The position numbers and the translations under genes are program-made. 64,000 nucleotides of DNA from the human T2T-CHM13v2.0 reference genome, Homo sapiens: NCBI RefSeq assembly GCF_009914755.1, contig NC_060938.1; one strand, 5' to 3'. This document shows, in pieces, positions 16,401 to 27,378 of the stretch; within the stretch, counting starts at the first letter, position 1; each line of letters opens with the position of its first letter. The notes under the pieces are model-generated. The model ran no database searches. It was not told the origin of the DNA and saw nothing but the letters and a program-made list of their open reading frames with translations.

Positions 16401-17256
16401 ACCTGTACAATAAGCACAACCTGCTGAAAATAGCCATCAACTAAAGATTCACTGATCAACAGGGAGACTGCTTCCTCTAAATCTCTCAGAGAAACCTTTG
16501 AACACACTTTTGGGTAACAAAGAGCAGGAGAGTGTGGAATGAACAAAGTCGCTGGGAGGAAGGAAAGCTTGAAGGAAACTGTCATGGACGTAAGCATCAA
16601 AAGGCCTAGGGTAGCCCCAGCTCTGCCTGTTTGTTGCTTTGGGCTCCCACATAAATCATTTATCCTTTCTACATCTTGCTTTATTTGTCAGTAAATCTAA
16701 GACTCTAATCCCTACAAAAATAGGGTTTTTTAAAGTACAAATGAGATCATTCCTAAAAAGTGTTCTGTAAACTGAAAGGTGCTATGCACATAAGGTATGG
16801 GCTTCTCCAGAATTTTGCATTAAAGTGTGCACTAAAAGTGTAGCATTTAAAAAAAAATCCACCTCCACTCCTAGAGCTTTGCTTCTTTCTTAAGTGGATT
16901 AAAGTGCCTAAAAATAGCCACACTCCAATAGCTAATATGAGCCAAATTATTTATTGGACACTGACCATATCTTCAGCAGGCTAGATCAGTCCACCCATCC
17001 ACCCTCACTGCACTTCTATTCAGCCTTCTTACTTCTGGTCAAAGACGAGAAAAGAAGGAAAACAGCGCACTGGAGGTTTAGAGCGAGCTGGAGCTTGCAA
17101 GGAAGTGGGAATATCAGCGTCCTTTCTGATATGCCACTATTTGGGGATATTCTTCCTTTCTCCTTATTTGTACTTTGCCATTTATAGCTGAGAGGCGTCC
17201 TGCAATTTCCATGAGGCATAAAGCCTTCAGTCCTCTCCAGTCCATCCTGCCAACCT

Positions 17257-17730
17257 TCCATTCATTCAGCAAAGGGTTATTGAGTGCCAGGCACTTTCCA
17301 GGGCACTGGGGTTATGGCAATAAACAAGACAGAGAAAGTCCCTGCTCATGCACCTCATATGCTAGTAAAGGAGGCTGGCATCAAATGTCACCCATGAGTA
17401 AGTGAGATGGTTTCAAATCATGACAAGTGCCAGTAAGACAATCGAATAGGTGACACAAGAGAAAATGATGGTGCTGGGGAACAGGAGGAGAGGTCTTTCA
17501 GATAAGACAGGGAATCCCTTGCTAACAAGAGGACATCTGAGCTGAGATTCAAATGACAGAAAGGAGCCAACTACGTGAAATGCATTATAAGCAGTGGGAA
17601 TTCCAAGCGCAAAGGCCCTCAGACAGATGCAAGTGTGATCTATTTGAGGAATGAAAGGAAGCCAACTGGCCCCAAGATCAGATCAAGATGGGGAAAGTTG
17701 AAGAGACAAAGTCAGAGAGGTAGACAAAGG
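17257..17730 (-). mobile_element. L2 3' region
   Basis: cattcattcagcaaa...tattgagtgcc...aacaagacag...gtccctgc; gacatctgagctgaga; aaaggccct. Confidence 0.75.
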
Positions 17731-18599
17731 CAATGACTCCTTTCTCCATGGAAGGGAAGCGAAACCCAGAAAAGCTAAATGAGCAGCCCAAAGTCATACC
17801 ACTAAGTATTGCTACAGCTGCTTTTAGAACCTAATTATTTTGCCCCCAAATCCAAAGTTTTTTTACACTGTATTCATCTGCTTGCCTCTAGTGAGAGGAA
17901 TACTATTTGCAGATCTCACTGGTTTTAAAAAGATCTTAATACACATAAGCAGCAAGTAAATACCAATTTTAAGCAGAAAATCATCAACAAATGATGCTGA
18001 TGATTTAAAGTGCACGTAAATTCTGCTATGAAAGCTAAGACTTAGAACCAATCTACTTGTGGTAGGTCCTACACAAACAGTAACGCTCTTCATAGAAGTC
18101 TCTGTTCCATGAATATGAAGGAAGGCCATAGCTCACCAGAGATGAACCATTTTATATTTGGGTCTTGTTTTTACCTACACCTCTTGACAATGCTTTGCTT
18201 AATCCACCCAAATGCTATCCAAACCAATCTATTCTCAAACCACCTTCATTTTTTGCTATTAAATTGTAGGGTAATAAGGCTGTAAGAAAAACATTATAAT
18301 TACAACTGCCTTCCAGAACCCATGAGAGCACCTCCGCCTGAAGGGTCATGTCTGTTGATAGACATATCCTACAGTCCAAGTAATGTGAACTGTCTCTCCA
18401 CTTTCCCCTAATACTGCTGGGCTCCCCTTCATCTTTTCCCTGCTAAACACATTTGGTCTGTGTAATCCAGAACCTCCAAAACAGAGACCCAAACTCTGTC
18501 CAGTAGTCACTGACTTGCCCATCAGACATGGAAATGAAAAGATTATTGTCTGAATAGGTTAGTAGAGAAAGGAACAAGTAGGGTAAGCTTGAGCCACTG

Positions 18600-18700
18600 T
18601 CTCCTCTTCTCCTTCCTCCTCTCTCTTCCTCTCTTTTATCCTCCTCCTATTCCATTCCCTTTTCCTCTTCATCCTCTCTCTTCTCCTTTTCCTCCTCGCA
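18600..18700. repeat. CT-rich low-complexity tract
   Basis: Nearly pure pyrimidine run. Confidence 0.85.
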
Positions 18701-18779
18701 ACAAGCTTCTCCACTTCCTGAGCTTTGGGAACCTTACCAGGCAAAAGCCAAAAGTCCCAATAAGAAACACAGACTTGAA

Positions 18780-18960
18780 GAGTGTTTAAGAGCCCAGATT
18801 CTAATCTTGTCCTACTAGCTGTGCAACCTTGGGCAAGTTACTCAAACTCTCTGTTCCTCAGTTAACTCATCTGTAAAATTAGGATAATACCTTTCTCCTA
18901 AAATGTTTGTGAAGATTAAATTAACACATGTAAAACATTAGAAGAGCACCTAGCACATAA
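18780..18960 (+). mobile_element. MIR SINE
   Basis: ctagctgtgcaaccttgggcaagttactc...cctcagttaactcatctgtaaaat. Confidence 0.85.
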
Positions 18961-19958
18961 TTCTATACAGATAAGAGATATGCCACCTCACTCCTCACTC
19001 TCTTCCCTCCTCCATCCCCTGGCTAGAAAAAGACTACTGTCACCCCTACCTTTGGGAATAACTGTGCACAAAGTCAGAGCAACTCCACTGGAAGGCAGAT
19101 TAGTGGTGTCATGATGGCAATCAAGTGCCAAATGGAACTATAACACTTATACCATCAGATAAGTATTGTGAAAATAATTGTATGAAACAATGTACATAAA
19201 GCACCTGGCATGCAATGGTTGCTCATTAAATGTTGTTATTTTTATTGAGGTTTTTTTCATTTTTAGCACCACTGGTTGTAACTGAAGGTGCTATTTGTAT
19301 GCTTTTCTTCACTGTGTCAGGCTGTAAAATGTGTAAAATTTGTCTGTGTTCATCACTGTAACATGAATATATAGAATGATGATCACACAGAAATGTACCT
19401 TAAAACACAAAGCCAGCTTCACAAAATCAGTCTCACGGTACTCCCTCTGTTCCTTGAAGATCCTGACCCCAGCACTTAGACAGCTGCCCACCTAACACAC
19501 CCCTTGGATGGCTTGGGGACATGTCCTACTCAACAAGTCCTAGATTGAACTCATGAGCTTTCCTTCAAGACTGGTCCTGCCCTGGCTGCCATCTCAGTCA
19601 TTCCAATTCCTTCACTTCACTTCCACACATTATTCATGCAAAGCCTGTTGATTTCACGTCCTCTACAGCTCTCTACTCCGTCCGCTTCTCCATGCCCACA
19701 GCAACCACCCTGGCCCATGCTACCATTGTATCTGGTCCCCTACATCCACAAGAGCCACACAGCACTTGTTTTGAAACTTAGCTCAAATCATGTCACTCCT
19801 CGTCTTGAAACTCTTCATTGGCTTTAGATAAATACTATACTCTTCCAACCCCACAATGCTACCCCACCTCCAACAACACAGGGCTTGGAGGGGGGCGTCT
19901 CGCCTGTGGATCCCCCAGTCATATCTCAAAACACAAGCCCTCTTGCTCTCTGCTAGGG

Positions 19959-20662
19959 ATAAATACATTTTTCAGGGATTTCCCAAAAGAAAGCCAAGGC
20001 ACACTTCCGTATTTCCAGAGGTTTCAAATAGAGACAAAATGAAAGGTTTGTGCTGTATTTACAGTATAACAGCCTGGGTGTTTAAAAAAGGCAATACCTC
20101 TTCACTCACTCTGCCGTAGCCATGGGAACCTCCTTTCAGTTCATCATATACACATACCTCTTCTGCCTCAGGCCCTTTGCACTTGCTGTTCCCTCTTCTG
20201 CAACAATTCCCCTCCTCCTTAGACAATTAACTCCTATACATCCTCCAGGCCTAAGTCCAAGTGTCATGTCCTCAGGGAAGCCTTCTCTGGTCCTTGTCAA
20301 TCTCTTCTATCAGACACTTTCTTAAACCTCTGATGCTCTCCCTGGAGCATACATAAACTTTGAATTATGCATTCCTCCATGGAATTGATTTAGGTCTGTC
20401 TCCCTCACTGTAAACTCCAAGTCAGAGCTTTTATCTTTCCTGTTCTGACTGTATCTCCAGAGCTTAGGACAGTGTTTAGCATGTAATAGGTATTTAACAA
20501 ATATGCTTTTCAGGGATTCTCCCCCCAAAAAAGCAAAGGCACACCTCCATATTTCCAGAGATTTCAAGTAGAGACAAAATAGAAGGTTTGGGCTGTATTT
20601 AAGATGTAACAGCCTCAGTGTTTTAAAAAGGCAGTATCTCTTCACTCACTCTTCAATAGCCA
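19959..20662. repeat. Direct duplication of ~160 bp (19959-20122 and 20497-20662) around an L2 3' end
   Basis: By-eye alignment about 80-85% identical, offset 538-540 bp. Confidence 0.9.
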
Positions 20663-21390
20663 GTCAATTCCTAAGACATTTACTCAACAAATAAGATGGT
20701 TTCTTCTTTCCAGTCTGGAGAAAAAGAAGAAATGCGCTCATAAAGAACATTAAACACACACGCACCCCAAATAAACAAATTTCAATTCCAATACACACAG
20801 AGGCGTTGCCTAGCCTGACACAGTCGTCAGATGAGCTACAAGAAATGCTAAAGAGCATTCTTGTCACAACTGGACACGCGGTTCCAACTTGTTCTGCTCT
20901 CATACTGATCACTCCCTTGGAGCCTTAACATCTGTATGCTAATTACAGACACGGTGGCCGACGCTAGGCACACACAAATCCGTCTTAATCCCTCCCTTTT
21001 GCGTGGATGAAACCTGGTCCAACATTCGTAAAAGCATGCAAACCACACCATTGCTTGGGCGGGCACACTTCGTGCCCCTCCCCTATGCCTTGCCAGCCCC
21101 ACCCTTCTCACAAACCACCCCTCCTCCTGCTTCTACTCTGACCTGAGCCTAACTAGCTGCTAGGTTTGGTAATAAGATTGAACGAAGACTCAGGAGGCCC
21201 TGTGGGCTCCATTATTCTGCATGCCCTGCGAGAACGGCCCACCCCTAGGGACGGCTGCTGCAACTCGAGCCCCACTTGCTGCCAGGAAACCTTTCCCACT
21301 GAGGACACCCGGGCATGCGGCGCAGCTCCAGGTCCAGGGGGAAGCACCCCACCCATCTGCCAGAGAGACAAAGATCACCAGAAACAAAGG

Positions 21391-21416
21391 ACACACACAC
21401 ACACACACACACACAC
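21391..21416. repeat. (AC)13 microsatellite
   Basis: Directly visible. Confidence 0.97.
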
Positions 21417-21722
21417 TCGCACACTCAAAGTCAAAAGCAAATACCGACACTTGCAATTTCAAACCAAACAGTCGGCTTGGTCTATCTAAATAGATCTGGA
21501 GACAATCTAGGAGGGACAATGATTATGTGGTAATGACAGGCACTATCTGGGTTCGGAACCCACGCTGCCTCCGCCCTCCTCCCACCCGCGCTGCAGTTCC
21601 CAGGCGCATTTCCCAGCCTCAGGACACACGCTGCCAGAAGCAAGAGTGCTTCCACTCAAGGAAGCGCGCACACGCCGGAGACAGAGGCAGGGCGAGGGCA
21701 GCCAAAAGTAGGAAACACCCAC

Positions 21723-21774
21723 CTTTAGGATCCCAGTTCACCTGTTTTCTTGGCGTCTCGATTGGAAATTTCAT
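21723..21774 (-). CDS. KCNK10: KCNK10 (TREK-2) alternative first coding exon, [17 protein letters not shown] + first base of Val (isoform usually called TREK-2c)
   Basis: Minus strand reads ATG AAA TTT CCA ATC GAG ACG CCA AGA AAA CAG GTG AAC TGG GAT CCT AAA G|GTGGGT. 52 coding nt, phase-1 donor; the peptide matches the recalled TREK-2 N-terminus [25 protein letters not shown]. Confidence 0.97.
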
Positions 21775-21949
21775 TGCTTCGTTGCCCAGAAGGGGAAGAA
21801 ATGAAAAGAACCCAAATAATAATAAAGTCCTCAAGCTTTACACGCCTCGGTTTAGCAGTCCAACAAAACAATTTCCGAGGATGGGGGAGCCTTGGACTGG
21901 CTCGTGGAGGAACCCCAGAAAAAGACAGGTGGGAAAATATTAGCTTGGG

Positions 21950-23210
21950 GGAGAACTGGAGAGGGCTTGGGTGTTTGCACCGGCCAGGGGGTGGCCGGCC
22001 GCGGCCCCGTGGGTAAAAGAAAAAGTAAGATCGGCGAGGGGTGGATGAAAGGATGGAGAGGAAGGCTTGGGGAGATGGAAGAGCCAAGCTGCTTCCCAAA
22101 AGCGGTGCCGGCAGGTTAGGGGCTGCGCAGCCTGAAGGCTGGGGCTACGGAGAAGCCCACTGCAGTGTCACTCCAGCCCCCGAAGGCGTGTGCGCACACA
22201 CTCCCGCACACACACACCCGCACACACACTCCCGGGCGCGCGCTTGGGCGGGCACGTCAGCCTCGCTCGGCCGCGCTGAGCGCACACGCCCCACCCCGGC
22301 CGCGGCTCCTCGCCCCCGGCGACGCCCCCCACTTCCCGCTCCCCGAAAGCCATTGGATGTAGGGGTGGCGCGGCGCCCGGGCAGCGCGCGGCGAGGGCGA
22401 CCCTCCCCGCGGCGCGCCCCAGACGCCGCGCCCCGGCAAGAGGGAGCAGGGCGAGCAGCGGACCGAGGCTCCCAGCTGGGAAGGCGCGCTGAGCCCCCGG
22501 CACCCGGCTCGGGGCAGCGGGAGGCGGTCGCGGACTTGCCCGCGGGGCGGCGGGAGGCGGTGGGCGGTGGCGGGGAAGCCGCGGAGGGGCGGGGAACGAG
22601 CGGTGGGCGCGCCGCTACTTACTGGCTCGGCCGGCCGGCGGGCGGGCGTGGAGGCGGCAGCGGCGCGCTTGCTGGAGTTGCAGCCGGAGACACGCTTGGT
22701 TGCCTGGAAGGCGCTGCAGGAGGCGGAGGAAGGGCCGCTGCGGCTCCGCCGCAGACCTCGGCCTCCGGGTCACCTCTTCTCACCGCTCTCACCCTGAGCT
22801 CTCCCTCCTTCTCTTTTCTCACTTCATTTTTTTTCCTCCCGCGTCTGGCTCTCTCGCCTGAGTCCCGAACCCACGTCCCCGCCGCACTCCAAGGAGGCCC
22901 GTGCCAGCCATGAGCCTTTTGTTCTGGGACCGCTCCGCATCTGCTGCGCTCTCCCCGCCCGGGGAAGCTCGCTCCCAAGGCACAGCTTGGTCCCTTCCCC
23001 AGCTACCTGCAGCCGGACTGGGGCCGCTGGTCGTTGGCTGGAAAGGAGGCTTGAGAGAGGCACGGGGGCCCCCGGAGGAAAGCGGAGTTGCCAAGACCCG
23101 GCAGCTCCCGGAAGCGGCGGCCCCGGGATCCTGGGACCAGCAGGGCAGATGCGAAGGGACCCAGACCTGTTCCCGGAAAGGGGCTAAACCTGGAGCATTC
23201 GTCTAACGCC
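21950..23210. promoter_or_regulatory. CpG island / promoter for exon 1c and the candidate exon
   Basis: Very high GC and CpG density. GC box GGGGCGGGG ~22586-22594, CCAAT box (ATTGG 22352-22356), CRE/ATF-like CACGTCA 22253-22259, alternating purine-pyrimidine tract 22186-22243. Confidence 0.9.
22623..22900 (-). other. KCNK10: Candidate additional KCNK10 first exon (5' end uncertain) ending ...GCCGAGCCA|GTAAGT
   Basis: Consensus intronic donor hexamer GTAAGT at 22622-22617 inside the CpG island; no ATG on the minus strand between 22818 and 22623. Confidence 0.6.
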
Positions 23211-25385
23211 CTCTCACTGCCCCTGCTTGAAGCCCCACAGGGGTTTGTGGTGGGGCCTCAGTCTTCAGAAAAGCCAGGTGGTGCTGAGGTGCTCTTGAAC
23301 GGGTCACTCCGAGTATCAACATGAATGATGCTGACAAATTGCTTCGGATGCCTCGCAACGGAGCCTTACACGTAGTAGGTGCTCAAGAAATACTTGCTAA
23401 ATGAAGACATGAATTGCATGCTGCAGTGTTGGATAGGAAGTAGTTTAAACCCCTACTCTGGCTTCCAGATAAGGTTACTAAAATTTGTTGTTCATTCAAC
23501 ATATATATTGAACCCCTTCCAAGTGCCATCACTGTGCTATGTGCTGGCCATATGGCAGAGAACAAGACAGAGATCTTGCCTTCATGGGGCTTACTATCTA
23601 GTGCCATAAGGTCCTGTTAGATTGTTGTTGCCTTTACTTACGCATAGAAATTGCCCAGCTCATTCCTATGCCTGCCAGCTGGGGTCCTAAAATCCCACAC
23701 TAGCAGCTGATCTCTAAGTTGCATGCTACTCTACGGCACCTTGAGGCTTCTGGGGAGCCCTATGTCAGCAGCATCTTTCTCACCATCCATCCGTCACTAT
23801 CACATCAAGGTTTCTGAGTCCAAGAGCAAGACCTACAGAGGTCCGCTGTGGTCTGTGGGAAAGGTGAGTGCTTTGTCACTGGGCTGTCACAGGCACCCCA
23901 GGCTGGAGCCCTGAATTCTCTGCAAACCCCGTTCAGGCAAAACTGGTACCAATCTGATGGTGCTACTCTGACTCTTCAGCCCTTTAGGCAGGTTCCCGGG
24001 TGCTTCAGAACCATCTTCCCTGGACTCTGTAACCACACTTTGCCTCTCTCTACTAGGACTGGGAGGATGGCTAAGACATAGAAATCAAACAAACAAGGAA
24101 TCTCTGCTTCTCCCAGCCATGCCCCGAGACACCAGTGTGTATGTAAATTCTGTTCTCAAGTCCAGAGGGAGATGCTTCTAAGAAAGGCTTTCGAACCTCC
24201 CTCTGCGCTCTTCTCTTTAACTGTTCACGGACAGCTGGACTCTAGCACAGTCACTGCAATACAATGTTTTTTACATGCATCAGAGTCAGAGAGGGGCTTC
24301 AGCAGAGAAAGACACCCTCTCCTGAGTCCTCAGAGCACGGGGAGGCAAGATTGACATTTACTGAATTCCCCCTCACCATCTCATATTTCCTCTCCATTCA
24401 TCTTTGTTAGATCATTTTGCAGAAGCTGTAACTGGCCTCCTTTTACAGATGAGAAGATCAAGGCTCAGAGAGATAAAGAAACATTCCCAAGGTCACGATA
24501 TGAGGATTCAAACCCAAGTTTGTTGACACAAAGGTCCATGCTCTCCATGCCAGAACCTTGTGAGCTCATCCAGTCCCGGGACCCATGAATCTGACCCTGA
24601 ACCTGTCCCATGGGTTCGTTTGGGTAATGAAGGTCTAAATACGATATTTTCCAAGCCTCCTCCTTTGCAAAATGAACTGACCTATGGTTGTGTTCTGGGG
24701 TCTGCATTGGGGAATTAGTTCACTGTCCAAGGCAAATTCCTGTGGCAGGAACTGCACCCTTAGGATGCAACATCATTCGGCCAATCAACAAACATTTATT
24801 GAGCATCACTTGTGTACAAGACAGGTTGCAGGTCCCCATTAAAAGTTATTTGGGGCCCTGAGTAGTGATGACCTTCCCCAGAATGGCAACAGCAGGATGG
24901 TTATAAGGGGAGGGTTGGGGATGGGGAGGTGGGGGTAGACTCTATTAGGGCAGGGAGCAGGATCAGTGTCTAGTGCTCCTGGTCTGCCTTGAAGACTTGC
25001 ACTAGTCATTGGCCCTTGGGATGATCTCTCTGCTTAATCACTGGATGCCGCCCCCTCCTTTCTTTTCCCCACCTCCAACCTCTGGAGCTTTCTCTCACCT
25101 CCACTTTCATTCTCCTTTCTCAGAATGTAGACAAAAGCAAGTTACCCGCCCCCCCCCAAAAAAAAATCCACCAAAATTAGGTAAATAAATCCCAGTACCG
25201 TTTCCCAAAACGTGTCTGAAATCAAACACAACTCCTCCTCAACTGCGTATTTGGAGTGGACTGCATGGAGTGGGGATGGAGGGAGACCTCCCTCCCAAGA
25301 AAACTTAGCCCTTTGGGCTACTGCAATCCCCCTCCATCCCCTTCGGTTCTACCCTTTGGTTATTTACAAGCTGGACTTCACTTAC

Positions 25386-25422
25386 CCAAGGAAAGAAAGA
25401 AGTCTGTGTAGAGAAAAAACAT
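25386..25422 (-). CDS. KCNK10: KCNK10 alternative first coding exon, [12 protein letters not shown] + first base of Val (isoform usually called TREK-2a)
   Basis: Minus strand reads ATG TTT TTT CTC TAC ACA GAC TTC TTT CTT TCC TTG G|GTAAGT. 37 coding nt, consensus phase-1 donor; matches recalled [20 protein letters not shown]. Confidence 0.96.
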
Positions 25423-25429
25423 CCAAGAA

Positions 25430-25990
25430 AGATGCCGCGCCAAGCGGTTCTGTCTCCCTCTGTGCCGCCGCAACTTCCATGGCTATTGCTTCAGGCGGGT
25501 TAAGTCTGGTGGAAAGAGACTGCCTAGCGTTCCTGCGGCAGGAAAACAAAACATCGTGGCGCAAAGTCTCCCTGCACTCGCCGGCCCCCAGCAGGAGACC
25601 CGGGCTGGCGGCCACTGCGTCCTGGGTGCACTCGGTGGCAAAGCGCTGCTACCGGGCACGGGTCTCTGCAGCTCAAAACCTGCCCGGCTGGAGCGCACCA
25701 ATAGTTGCCCCACCACTTTAATGAATGCCGTGTGGCCCGGCATGGGAAGGCTGGGAAAGCCCGAAAACCCCAGTCATCTCTGGCAACGAAGTTTCCCCGA
25801 GTTGGCTGGCTCCCTTACCCCCTCCCCACGCTCCAGCCCGGGGTAGCTGTGAGACCGGAGGAGACGATGCCTGCCGCGTGGGGAGTCTCAGGGTGGCTGG
25901 CAATGAACAGCTCAGCCAGAGAAGAGTCGAACACGGATTCCGGGGCGAGTCAGGAGAATTTCCTGGGACAGCGAATGGCAGGGAGTGATG
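25430..25990. promoter_or_regulatory. Smaller CpG-rich region: 5'UTR/promoter of exon 1a
   Basis: Local CpG enrichment immediately upstream (minus strand) of the MFFLY ATG. Confidence 0.75.
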
Positions 25991-27063
25991 AAGCAGCTTG
26001 GGGAATCCTCTTTAGTGCCAGTTCTGCAAACAGAAGAGGGAGGAGATGGGCTGATTAGAATCTACTTTGAATTCACAAATATTAGACTAAATTCATTAAT
26101 CTGCCTTGGATTGTTTCCCTTTGGTTTCATCCTTCTTCCCTGAAGTCCAGAAGAAATCCCAGTCTTCCATCTTTTCCCCACCCCCAAGACACCTCCAAGT
26201 CCTCTTCCCAAAAGAACTGCAGTCAGGTTTCCATGTCATTTTGTGAAAATACCCCCCGCCACACACACACCCTCCTTTACCACACACACATACACACAGA
26301 CACGCAAGCATCCCCTTCATATACCCACTCAGTGGTAGTAAAATTGATAGCGTTATACATTAACGTGAACTTAAACGTGCCCCACCAAAAATTTTCTTCC
26401 CCCTACCCCCACCTCGTGAAGTTTCCACATTGGTCTCAGCGTTTAAGCATGCCTACATTTGTTTTCTAGTCCCAACTGACATCTGCAAAAACACACCCTT
26501 AAATATATGTTGCTCTAATCCTGGGCTCTGCTTTTGGCTTGGAAGAACTAGAGACACATCAGAAGTGAAAGGACAGAGGGTGTCATATGTCATACACCTG
26601 GAAGCGTGAAGCTAGGCTGCTCCATAATGAACTCTGTGTGTGTAAGTCCTGCAGATTTATTTTGATGACTCAAACCTCTAATTGGGGATTAATGAGGATA
26701 ATATACTATAAACTCCAAAGAAGTTGTAATTAAAGTGTCAGGCTGATGGACATGATTCATAACCAGGAACTGCATCCTCTTTCCCTATAAGTTTCTCTAT
26801 TTAAAATCTTAACCCTTAGGACAATATTTTTATGCTCCTATAAAGCATTGTGCCAAACATCTTACCAAAAATGTACAGAGCTATAGTCCTTCTTCTTATA
26901 GAACAAGTTTTAGTGTTTTTCTCTCTCTGTATTACTTCCAAACCATAATCCCAGGTAATTTTTTAAAGAGATGGAGCTAGAATATTTTTGCTTTTCCCCT
27001 CCACTATTTACTTTGAAAATTTTCAAACACACAGAAAAGTTACAGTTGTTTGGTAAAAACCAG

Positions 27064-27378
27064 TGCCACAGTTTGAATGTGTTTCTCTAAAACTCATGTA
27101 AAACTTACTCTCCAATGTAATTGTCTTAAGAGGTGAGGCCTTTAGGAGATGATTAGGTCATAAGGACTCCCCTCCCACTTATGAATTGGTGCCTTTTAAA
27201 AAAGGGCTTGCGGGAATGAGCTTGTCTCTTATTGCCCTTCTGTCATGTGAGGACACAGCAAGGAGATGCTATCTCGGAAGCAGAGAACAAGCCTTGGTTT
27301 TGGACTTCCCAACCTCCAGAACTATGAGAAGTAAATTTCCATTATTTATAAACTAACCAGCAAAAACAGACTAAGACA
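27064..27378 (+). mobile_element. ERVL-MaLR solo LTR (MLT1A/MSTD-like)
   Basis: gaggcctttaggagatgattagg; ends cagactaagaca. Confidence 0.75.

Noticed and set aside
22041-22913. 290-aa plus-strand ORF
   Set aside because: Non-ATG first codon, Arg/Ala/Gly/Pro-rich, expected from stop-codon scarcity in a CpG island; antisense to KCNK10.
22619-22978. 119-aa minus-strand ORF as a long coding first exon
   Set aside because: No ATG start, and it meets the donor in phase 2 whereas the shared exon 2 needs phase 1.
23279-24236. REST/NRSE site
   Set aside because: Only isolated half-sites (TCAGCACCAC on the minus strand ~23280; CACGGACAGC ~24226), about 950 bp apart and in opposite orientation.
25212-25721. 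169-aa plus-strand ORF across exon 1a
   Set aside because: GTG start, GC-rich antisense frame, no recognisable homology.
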